A stretch of DNA of 64,000 nt, taken from assembly GCA_040755455.1 (NCBI GenBank), contig JBFMAY010000008.1, forward strand, positions 1 to 64,000, read 5' to 3'. Origin of the DNA: Thermodesulfobacteriota bacterium (GTDB lineage: Bacteria > Desulfobacterota > Desulfobulbia > Desulfobulbales > SURF-16). Below the pieces are notes generated by a model that searched no databases, was not told where the DNA came from, and worked only from the letters and a program-made list of their open reading frames with translations. Both the position numbers and the translations under genes were made by a program. Positions 55,549 to 64,000 of this stretch are shown piece after piece (the stretch's first letter is position 1; each line of letters begins with the position of its first letter).

Positions 55549-57840
55549 TCAGCGAATGCCGCCGTAAATGCCGGTATAGCTCTTGCCTGAACTGAACGGG
55601 GCATGGAAGTTGCCGGCAATGGCCTTTGCCTTGGGGCCGTAAAAGGCGCCGTTGAATTTACTGTTCGGCAGGATGCCGGCGGGGCCGGTAACCCCATTGG
55701 TGAGGTTGCTGAAGCCGCTGGCCGAGGCGTTGCCCGCCGCACCGCTGTTGACTTCCAGTTTGATCTCGCCCAGGTCGATGACTCCCTGCACGGCGCTGGC
55801 GGCGGCAATGTTGCCGAAGTCCACGGTGATGTCAACCGTCCCCTTGAGGTCGCTCACCTGCTGCGCTGCAGCGGGGTCGACTTTGGTGGCCAGGGCTATT
55901 CCTGAGTAGTGGCCGGTAAAGTTGGCGTTGGTCAGGTCATTGACCTCGGCCACCGGGGTCGGTTCACCGGCAATCCAGCGGGAGCCGGGGCCATGGGTGT
56001 GGTATTGGGCGCCGGTGGCGGGATCCTGGTAAGCGATTTCCCAGTAGCCCCACGTGACATAGTCGCTCAAAATATTGTCCTGGGGGCCGGCCGACAGCAG
56101 ATAGTTGCCGTATTTTTTCATGCCTGTCGGCGTTGCCGGGCCGGTGTAAATGCAATCGCCGGTGGTGCAACCCAGTTCAGCGGCAAAATTGTCCTCCAGC
56201 ACAAAGGCCGAGGCCAGAGCACCTCCCAGGTTGATCCCGATAAGTCGTGAATTTGAACCGTTGACATCAACGGCGGACAGTTTGCCGTTGAGCGTGCCGT
56301 TGTCCTTGTCCACGGTAAAGGCGAAATCCCCCGGGCTGCTGCTCATGAATAACCGTCTGCTCTCGTCGATGGCGGCCATATCCTCGGAAAGGCCCACCAC
56401 AAAACCTTTCCACGTCTTGACTCCCCGGGGCGAGACCACGTCGGCCGGATCCTGCGGTTCCATGCCGGCGGCGCCCTGCACAGTCCAGGTATCATGCCGG
56501 GGCTGGTTGGCCGGTTCGACCTCATAACTTGCGCCTGAGCCGGAAAAGCTGAAAAGATCAAAGATGGTACCGGCAAGGGTGCCGCTGCCTGAGCCGCTGA
56601 TTGCCGTGATCACCTGCGGGGCTGTGGCGGTTGTCCCCGGCGGCATTTCGCTGTTGGTGCCGAATATTCTGACCTCAACGATCTGATTGCCGCTGACCTT
56701 GCCGATGAAGAAAGCAGGAGCCCCGCCTTCCTTGCCTTTCATGCGGCCCAGCACCCTGCCGTTGTGCCAGTTTATCTCCATCCATAAAACATCATCAATG
56801 GTGCCGGTTGAGCCGTCGGTGTTGGTCGCGGTGCCGCTGTAGCTTGCGATCCCGTCCACCGGAACAGTGGCGGCGGCAGGAGTGGAATCAATGGCAGGGA
56901 CGAATTCATTGGGTGGCGGCAGTTCGATCACCGGGACGGGGACCTCCGTAACGGTGGAGACAGCCGGGATGTCGGCGTTGGCCAGGTTATCCACCGGCTC
57001 GTCAACCAGAGGTTCATCGACGGCTGCTTCCTCAACTCCGGTTTCTTCAGCCGGTTGGGCCGCTGCTTCGTCTTCGGCGCCGTCGGTGGCCTGCTCATCT
57101 TCGGTGGCGGCCTCGCCGGCGGTTTCCTCTTCCTCGGCTCCGGCGGCCTGCTCCCCGTCCTCCTCGGCGCTTTCCCCGTCGGCCGCGGTCAGTTCATTGC
57201 TGAAGGCGGCCACATCCTGTTCGCTGAGCTGGCGCGGCGGCTCCGGCGCACTGTTCATCGTGACGCTGGTTCCGTGTCCGGGCCGCGAGATCGATACCGT
57301 GCCGAAGGAATTCGTCACCTCAATGCCTTTGCCGCCCTGGAAAATAACGGAAAGAGAGGATGAGGTCACGGTTCCCCCATACATGGAGCCGCGGATACCG
57401 ATGGTGGCGGCCGGGGTTTCGGTGGTGAAATTCTGCGGGGAGGTCTTGGTGATGGCGCCCCCCATCACCCGGAAAACACCTTCCTTTACCTGGGTTTTCA
57501 GGGTGCCGTTGCTTTCTTGCGGCTGCCATTTATATTCGGCGATCTTCATCTCGCTGTTCTGGCCCAGACTGTAGATGGTGTTGTCGGAAAAGAGGATCTG
57601 CAGGCGGCCGCCCTTGCCGGTTTTGATGGTGTCTTCATTGTGGATGGGGGATTTTACCGCAAGGTCGCGCAGCTCGCCCTTGGCATTGACGGCCTGCACA
57701 TTGCCGCGCAGCGCCACCACGGTTGCCGCGGCCTGTCCGGCTTCCTCGGCCTGGGCCGGCAAGGGCAGAAGGATAAGCAGCAGAAGCTGGACGAAAAAGG
57801 ATCTGAGATGATCAGCAGGCAGGCAGATTCTTTTTTTCAT
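55549..57840 (-). CDS. Secreted FecR-domain protein with an acidic linker and C-terminal TbpB-like beta-barrel(s)
   Basis: Signal ending AQA; D.I.TG....Q..F.D.T...LG.NS, TPAATIGIRGS (FecR); E/A-rich linker; WGYW, W.AG.PT, Y.G.A, .TVDFG, FNGAFYGP.A..IAG.F, G.YGG C-terminus. Confidence 0.82.
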   Translation of the reverse strand: MKKRICLPADHLRSFFVQLLLLILLPLPAQAEEAGQAAATVVALRGNVQAVNAKGELRDLAVKSPIHNEDTIKTGKGGRLQILFSDNTIYSLGQNSEMKIAEYKWQPQESNGTLKTQVKEGVFRVMGGAITKTSPQNFTTETPAATIGIRGSMYGGTVTSSSLSVIFQGGKGIEVTNSFGTVSISRPGHGTSVTMNSAPEPPRQLSEQDVAAFSNELTAADGESAEEDGEQAAGAEEEETAGEAATEDEQATDGAEDEAAAQPAEETGVEEAAVDEPLVDEPVDNLANADIPAVSTVTEVPVPVIELPPPNEFVPAIDSTPAAATVPVDGIASYSGTATNTDGSTGTIDDVLWMEINWHNGRVLGRMKGKEGGAPAFFIGKVSGNQIVEVRIFGTNSEMPPGTTATAPQVITAISGSGSGTLAGTIFDLFSFSGSGASYEVEPANQPRHDTWTVQGAAGMEPQDPADVVSPRGVKTWKGFVVGLSEDMAAIDESRRLFMSSSPGDFAFTVDKDNGTLNGKLSAVDVNGSNSRLIGINLGGALASAFVLEDNFAAELGCTTGDCIYTGPATPTGMKKYGNYLLSAGPQDNILSDYVTWGYWEIAYQDPATGAQYHTHGPGSRWIAGEPTPVAEVNDLTNANFTGHYSGIALATKVDPAAAQQVSDLKGTVDITVDFGNIAAASAVQGVIDLGEIKLEVNSGAAGNASASGFSNLTNGVTGPAGILPNSKFNGAFYGPKAKAIAGNFHAPFSSGKSYTGIYGGIR

Positions 57841-57873
57841 GGTTGATGTTCCTGTTCTCTTGGGCGGCGGCTA

Positions 57874-59175
57874 TTAAAACCCCAAGGTCATCGACAAGGT
57901 GATGACATGTTTGCGGTAGGTGTAGATGCTAATTGTGGAATCCGATTCAAGATAGGAGTAGACAAGCTGGGATGATAGGCTTCCACGGCCGGACTCTGAC
58001 TGCCAGAGCAGTTTTGCCGCGCCAGCCTTGAATTCCTCAACCGTATCGGCACGGGTATCAAGAAAAAAAGGATCAGTTTCCTTATAGTCGCTCTTCTGCA
58101 GCCCGATGCTGGCAAAGGCGGAGATATCCTGGGTCAGTTCCCGGTCATACTGGAGCGTCCAGCCGATCCGGTCATACCCGTAAACCTTGGCCTCGGCGTC
58201 TTCCATTTCTTTATAAAAGTCGGCGGAAAGGCGGTTGGGGCCGACAATCAGCACCGGATTAAAATTGATCAGATAATTGGTGGCATCCCGGAAGGGATCG
58301 GTAAAATTGTTTTTTTCCTCAACCCGGCCGCCGAGGTTGTAAAGCATGGGACCCGCCGGCAGGGTCAGGGCAGAGGCGAAGCCATAGGATGCAAGGTAGC
58401 GGTCATGCTCCACATCAATATGCTTGACAATCATATTGTTATTCCACATGAACCTGCCGGTTTGCCACACCGGACCGCTGCTTACGGCCAGGTAATAGAC
58501 ATCAAGGTTCTGCTGGTTTTCGTACAGGGCATTATAATTGGTCAAGGTAGTTTTCCAGGACAGGCGCTGATCGGCAAAGAGGTATACATGGTTGATCACG
58601 GCGGTGGTGTCATAGATCTGATCGCTTTGCGGACTGGCGGAAGGGCCGGTGAGCTGTATGCCCAGGATGGTATCGGCAACCGGCGACTGGTAGACATTGT
58701 CATCCCAGTTGACGCCAACGGTCAGGGTGCCGGTGAAGAGATGCCGTTTGTCCCCTTCCTTGATGGCGGCAAGATAGTTTTCAATGTTTTTCCACACCGG
58801 TTCCGGCGGATTGGTGGCCAGCACCTCGCGGAAATATTGTTTGGCCATTTCCTTGAAGCCCAGATGGAGATGGCAGCGGGCTATTTCCAGTTTGACCCGG
58901 GTGGCATTTGGGTCCATGATCAGCACCCGGTCAAAGGCCATGAGGGCGCTTTCGTAATCACCGAGTTCAAAGGCGGTGCGGCCGAGATAAAAGTTGAGAT
59001 CAGGGTCGGCCGGGTCCACTTGGAAGGCCCTGGCAAAATATCTCTGCGCCTCAGGGTAATTGCCGGCGAGAAAGAGCTGCTTGCCCTGTTCGAAATCAGA
59101 CGGTGCGCTTCCGGCAACCGCCGGGCAGGGCAGAAAAAGCATACACAAGGCAATGATGAAAAGAAGACGCATCAT
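57874..59175 (-). CDS. TPR plus outer-membrane beta-barrel protein (Slam/DUF560-like)
   Basis: Signal peptide; TPRs (FYLGR.A...G.Y..A..AFDRVL...P....V.LE.AR); G..WDDNV barrel start; alternating strands ending ITLSMTLGF with terminal Phe. Confidence 0.8.
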   Translation of the reverse strand: MMRLLFIIALCMLFLPCPAVAGSAPSDFEQGKQLFLAGNYPEAQRYFARAFQVDPADPDLNFYLGRTAFELGDYESALMAFDRVLIMDPNATRVKLEIARCHLHLGFKEMAKQYFREVLATNPPEPVWKNIENYLAAIKEGDKRHLFTGTLTVGVNWDDNVYQSPVADTILGIQLTGPSASPQSDQIYDTTAVINHVYLFADQRLSWKTTLTNYNALYENQQNLDVYYLAVSSGPVWQTGRFMWNNNMIVKHIDVEHDRYLASYGFASALTLPAGPMLYNLGGRVEEKNNFTDPFRDATNYLINFNPVLIVGPNRLSADFYKEMEDAEAKVYGYDRIGWTLQYDRELTQDISAFASIGLQKSDYKETDPFFLDTRADTVEEFKAGAAKLLWQSESGRGSLSSQLVYSYLESDSTISIYTYRKHVITLSMTLGF

Positions 59176-59331
59176 GGATTTTCCCAGGTTATAAAAGATG
59201 TTTAAGGTTATCAAGTATTACGCTAGCAGATGGGACGGGAAAAATAAAATAAATTGTAACTCTCGGCAATCCGGCGGAAAAAGTCAATTTTGCCCGCGTC
59301 TTTTGATTGGAAAAGATGGTGAAAATCAATC

Positions 59332-59359
59332 TTGACAAATCTGTTCATTATGGTATCTA
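59332..59359 (+). promoter_or_regulatory. Putative sigma70 promoter for rplU
   Basis: Perfect TTGACA, 16 bp, then TG-extended TATCTA (weak -10). Confidence 0.4.
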
Positions 59360-59468
59360 TGTTTGTTTCCGTGTCTTGGATATAAACTCCTGCCTGTTCG
59401 AGCCGGTTTGAAGCTGGTCTCGCGCAGGAGATACAGATTATTTATTCGTTTTGGTGTTGGAGGAAGAA

Positions 59469-59780
59469 ATGTACGCTATTATTCGTACCGGCGGTAAACA
59501 GTATCAGGTGGCAGCGGGCGAGCGTCTTCGGGTTGAAAAGCTGGCCGGTGAAGTAGGCGAAACCGTGGAGCTCAATGATGTTTTGCTGGTAGCTGAAGGC
59601 GATGCCGTCAAAATAGGGCAGCCTGCCGTTGCAGGTGCCAAGGTGACGGCGCAGATCGTTGAACAGGGCAAGGGCAAGAAAGTTCTGGTCTTCAAGAAAA
59701 AACGCCGTAAGGGCTACAGACTGAGGAAAGGCCATCGTCAGCTTTATACCGCTCTGGAAATTAAAGAGATTTCATTATAA
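59469..59780 (+). CDS. rplU: 50S ribosomal protein L21
   Basis: MYAII.TGGKQY.V, IG.P, K.K.RKGY....GHRQ..T. Confidence 0.97.
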   Translation: MYAIIRTGGKQYQVAAGERLRVEKLAGEVGETVELNDVLLVAEGDAVKIGQPAVAGAKVTAQIVEQGKGKKVLVFKKKRRKGYRLRKGHRQLYTALEIKEISL

Positions 59781-59849
59781 CGTTACCGGCGGATCAGCGG
59801 GAAAGTGGTTTTATCCCGTTCCGTTTTTTTTTATTGAAGAGGTTAAACC

Positions 59850-60113
59850 GTGGCACACAAGAAAGCAGGTGGTAGTTCAAAGAACGGCAGAGACAGTAAT
59901 TCCCAGCGGCGCGGGGTAAAAAGATTCGGCGGCCAGGTGGTCAGGGCAGGCAATATCCTGGTCCGTCAGCTCGGCACCAGAATTCATCCCGGCTCCAATG
60001 TGGGCCTGGGTCGTGACTATACCCTCTATGCCAAGATTGACGGCGTTGTCGCCTATGAGGATTTCGGCAAAGACCGCAAAAGGGTCTGCGTTTATCCGGT
60101 AGAAGCTGTTTAA
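59850..60113 (+). CDS. rpmA: 50S ribosomal protein L27
   Basis: [16 protein letters not shown]...R.GVK, GNILVRQ.GT, G.D.TLYA. Confidence 0.97.
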   Translation: MAHKKAGGSSKNGRDSNSQRRGVKRFGGQVVRAGNILVRQLGTRIHPGSNVGLGRDYTLYAKIDGVVAYEDFGKDRKRVCVYPVEAV

Positions 60114-60121
60114 GCTTTTGA

Positions 60122-61174
<1,053 letters not shown>

Positions 61175-61175
61175 T

Positions 61176-62333
61176 ATGACGTTTCAGGTTCCGCAGGATA
61201 AAGGCGTTGAATTGCGCAGAAGTTTCCTCCAGTCGGCCAGGCGGGTGGTGGTCAAGGTGGGAAGCGCCGTCCTCACCATGGGGACGGGCCTGAATCTCCA
61301 GGTGCTTGAAAATCTGGCAAAGGAATTAACTTTTCTGCGGGACAGCGGCCGGGAGGTGATCCTGGTCAGTTCCGGCGCCGTGGCCTCGGGCCGCAAGAAA
61401 CTCGGTCTTGATAACCGGGTGCTTAGGATGCGGGAAAAGCAGGCCGCCGCCGCCGTGGGCCAGTCAAGCCTGATGCGCTGCTACGAGGACCTCTTTGAGC
61501 GCTATGAGCAGAAGGTGGCCCAGGTGCTGCTCACCCATGATGATCTTGCCCACCGCGACCGGTATCTCAATGTCAGAAATACCATGTCCACCCTTTTTGA
61601 ATGGGGTATTCTGCCTATCGTCAATGAAAACGATACGGTGTCGGTAAAAGAGCTGCGTTTCGGCGATAACGACACCCTGGGGGCCATGGTCACCAATCTT
61701 ATCGACGCCGATGTCTTTATCTGCCTGACCGACGTGGACGGCCTCTATACCGGCAATCCCTGCACCAATCCCGAGGCCCGCCGGGTGTATACCGTGGCTG
61801 AAGTGAATGGGGAGGTGGAGAACATGGCCGGTAACATCTGCGGCTCGTCGCTGGGCACCGGCGGCATGCGCAGCAAGATTCTCGCGGCCAAGATGGTGGC
61901 GGCCCGGGGCGGCTGTTCCTTCATCGGTCCGGGGCGCGAACCTGAAATCCTGCAGCGGCTTTTTGCCGGAGAAGCTCTCGGCACCTTTTTCCTGCCCAAA
62001 CCTCAGAAGCTGGCCAGCCGCAAGCATTGGATCGCCTATACCCTGCGGCCCAAGGGATTTCTCGTGTTGGACGACGGGGCCTGCCGCGCCCTGCTGGAGC
62101 AGGGGAAAAGTCTGCTGCCCTCCGGCATCCGGGAAGTGACCGGCAAGTTCGGGGTGGGCGATCCCGTGCATTGTCTGAACGCGCACGGCCGGGCCATTGC
62201 CGCAGGACTGGTCAATTACAGTTCGGCTGATATAGAAAAAATTCATGGACGGCACACCTCCGAGATTGAAGAGATCCTCGGTTTCAAGGACAGCGACGAG
62301 GTGGTGCACCGGGATAATCTGGTGAAACTGTAG
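61176..62333 (+). CDS. proB: Glutamate 5-kinase
   Basis: VVKVGSAVL, VSSGAVA.G, QAAAAVGQ, NENDTV, FGDND, GTGGM.SK, PUA domain. Confidence 0.97.
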   Translation: MTFQVPQDKGVELRRSFLQSARRVVVKVGSAVLTMGTGLNLQVLENLAKELTFLRDSGREVILVSSGAVASGRKKLGLDNRVLRMREKQAAAAVGQSSLMRCYEDLFERYEQKVAQVLLTHDDLAHRDRYLNVRNTMSTLFEWGILPIVNENDTVSVKELRFGDNDTLGAMVTNLIDADVFICLTDVDGLYTGNPCTNPEARRVYTVAEVNGEVENMAGNICGSSLGTGGMRSKILAAKMVAARGGCSFIGPGREPEILQRLFAGEALGTFFLPKPQKLASRKHWIAYTLRPKGFLVLDDGACRALLEQGKSLLPSGIREVTGKFGVGDPVHCLNAHGRAIAAGLVNYSSADIEKIHGRHTSEIEEILGFKDSDEVVHRDNLVKL

Positions 62334-62337
62334 GGGT

Positions 62338-62456
62338 TGGCTGATGGAAGAAGGCAGAAGACAAAGGGAAAAGAATGGCGCAGAGTGAAGGCGGGAAACA
62401 GCTGAGGGAAATGCCCTGCTGTCTTTCGCCCTGTGCCATGAGCCATGAGCTATCAA
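62338..62456. repeat. Degenerate heptamer repeats around an imperfect stem-loop
   Basis: gaaggca gaagaca aagggaa ... tgccatg agccatg agctatc; ATGGCGCAGAGTGAAG pairs with TTTCGCCCTGTGCCAT using G-U pairs. Confidence 0.55.
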
Positions 62457-62506
62457 ACATGCACCTCAAACTGACAATTTTACTTATTTTCAGAGGTGAG
62501 TAAGAC

Positions 62507-63766
62507 ATGAGCACCATTGCAGAAACCATTCAAACCATGGCCATTGAGGCCAAGAGGGCGGCGCGGAAAATGTGCAGCCTTTCCACCGAGCGCAAAAACC
62601 GCGTGCTGCTGCGCATGGCGGAAGCCCTGGCGGAACAGCAGGAGTTCATCCGCCGGGAAAACGCCAAGGATCTGGAGGCAGGCCGCCAGAAAGGACTGTC
62701 AAGCGCCATGCTGGATCGCCTCAACCTGTCCGACAAGGTCATGGCCTCCATGATCAATGGTCTGCAAGAGGTTGCCAGCCTGCCTGATCCGGTGGGCGAG
62801 GTGACGGAAATGGTCAAGCGGCCCAACGGCATCATGGTCGGCCGCATGCGGATCCCCCTGGGCGTGATCGGCATGATCTACGAATCCCGGCCCAATGTCA
62901 CCGTTGATGCGGCGGCCCTGTGTCTCAAGGCGGGCAACAGCATTCTGTTGCGGGGCGGCTCCGAGGCCATTCACTCCAACCTGGCCCTGGCCAGGGTGCT
63001 GCAGGAGTGTCTGGCTGCTGAAAATATCGATGCGGCGGCCATTCAGGTGATCCCGGTCACCGATCGCGAGGCGGTGACCTGCATGCTGGGGCTGGAAGAA
63101 CAGATTGACCTGATCATCCCCCGGGGTGGGGAGGGGCTGATCCGTTTTGTTGCGGAAAATTCCCGTATTCCGGTGCTCAAACATTACAAGGGCGTCTGTC
63201 ATGTCTTTGTCGATGACACCGCGGATCACGCCATGGCGATCAATATTGTCATGAACGGCAAGGTGCAGCGGCCCGGGGTGTGCAACGCCCTGGAGGCGCT
63301 GCTGGTGCATGAGGGGATTGCCGCGGATTTCCTGCCCAAGGTGGGGGCTGAACTTGCCGGGGCCGGGGTCGAGATCCGGGGCTGCGCCAGAACCTGTGCG
63401 CTGCTGCCCTATGCCAAACCCGCCGCCGACAGCGACTGGGGCATGGAGTTTCTTGATTTGATCCTGGCGGTGAAAGTGGTGCCGGATCTTGATGCCGCCC
63501 TGCAGCACATTGTCAATTATGGTTCCCAGCATACCGAGGCCATTGTCACCAACAGTTACGCCAACGGCCAGCGCTTCCTGCGGGAAGTGGATGCCTCGGC
63601 GGTCATGATCAACGCCTCCACCCGCTTCAGCGATGGCGGCCAGTTTGGCCTGGGTGCCGAGATCGGCATCAGCACCACCAAGCTCCACGCTTACGGGCCC
63701 ATGGGCCTCAAGGAGCTGACCACCAGAAAATTTATCGTCTACGGCGAGGGGCAGGTAAGGGCATAA
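62507..63766 (+). CDS. proA: Gamma-glutamyl phosphate reductase
   Basis: PLGVIGMIYESRPNVT, LRGGSEA, IPRGG, CNALE, NASTRF.DG.QFG.GAEIGIST.KLHA.GP.GL. Confidence 0.97.
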   Translation: MSTIAETIQTMAIEAKRAARKMCSLSTERKNRVLLRMAEALAEQQEFIRRENAKDLEAGRQKGLSSAMLDRLNLSDKVMASMINGLQEVASLPDPVGEVTEMVKRPNGIMVGRMRIPLGVIGMIYESRPNVTVDAAALCLKAGNSILLRGGSEAIHSNLALARVLQECLAAENIDAAAIQVIPVTDREAVTCMLGLEEQIDLIIPRGGEGLIRFVAENSRIPVLKHYKGVCHVFVDDTADHAMAINIVMNGKVQRPGVCNALEALLVHEGIAADFLPKVGAELAGAGVEIRGCARTCALLPYAKPAADSDWGMEFLDLILAVKVVPDLDAALQHIVNYGSQHTEAIVTNSYANGQRFLREVDASAVMINASTRFSDGGQFGLGAEIGISTTKLHAYGPMGLKELTTRKFIVYGEGQVRA

Positions 63767-63772
63767 GTGAGG

Positions 63773-63900
63773 TTGTTAGTCTTTTAGTCGGTAGTCTGTT
63801 AGCAAAACCAACTGAGGTCATCGGTCAAAACAGGCAGCAGTCGGTATTGTTGCCGTTACTAATAAACCAAACACCTACAGGCTATCCACCTGAGCAACTG
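63773..63900. repeat. Degenerate 8-bp tandem repeats with a weaker opposed array
   Basis: ttgttagt cttttagt cggtagt ctgttagc; opposed actaataa accaaaca cctacagg. Confidence 0.45.
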
Positions 63901-63905
63901 ACGAT

Positions 63906-64000
63906 ATGAAAAAGATCGGCCTGTTCGGCGGCACCTTCGATCCGGTCCATAACGGACACCTGGCGGTGGGACGGGCTGCCCTCCGGCAGCTTGGTCTTGA
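63906..64000 (+). CDS. nadD: Nicotinate-nucleotide adenylyltransferase (5' part, cut by the window end)
   Basis: [19 protein letters not shown]; usual position after proA. Confidence 0.9.
   Translation, partial: MKKIGLFGGTFDPVHNGHLAVGRAALRQLGL

Noticed and set aside
55549..57840. Classical FecR anti-sigma factor for iron uptake
   Set aside because: It has a cleavable signal peptide, no cytoplasmic anti-sigma domain and no adjacent ECF sigma or TonB-dependent receptor

Overview
Bacterial chromosomal window; gene content and order suggest a deltaproteobacterium, probably Desulfobulbales-like (inference only). It opens at the 5S rRNA end of an rRNA locus. Most of it is housekeeping: rsmI, rlmE, yebC-ruvCAB, panB, a split class I fumarase, ftsEX-envC-ctpA, ileS-lspA-fabD, ffh-rpsP-khpA-rimM-trmD-rplS-rnhB-yraN, pdxA, a radical SAM gene with rng, and rplU-rpmA-obgE-proBA-nadD. 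There is also a sigma54-controlled flagellar cluster (two enhancer-binding proteins, a TPR protein, flgBC-fliEFGHIJ-motE-like, then fliK-flgD-flgE). Three accessory loci stand out. (1) A TIR-transmembrane-FGE/C-type-lectin gene sits inside the flagellar cluster; its 3' end has the codon signature and downstream hairpin of a diversity-generating retroelement (DGR) variable repeat, but I found no RT or template repeat in the window. (2) A three-gene operon encodes a TPR/beta-barrel Slam(T11SS)-like outer-membrane protein, a FecR-linker-TbpB-like barrel protein and a CHASE2 adenylate cyclase, suggesting trans-envelope cAMP signalling. (3) A solitary, AT-richer integron-type cassette (GTTAGGC core plus attC) encodes a membrane-anchored HEPN-motif protein. 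GTAG-type REP doublets and degenerate 7-9 bp tandem repeats occupy several intergenic spaces. All domain calls come from motif recognition by eye; no database search was run.
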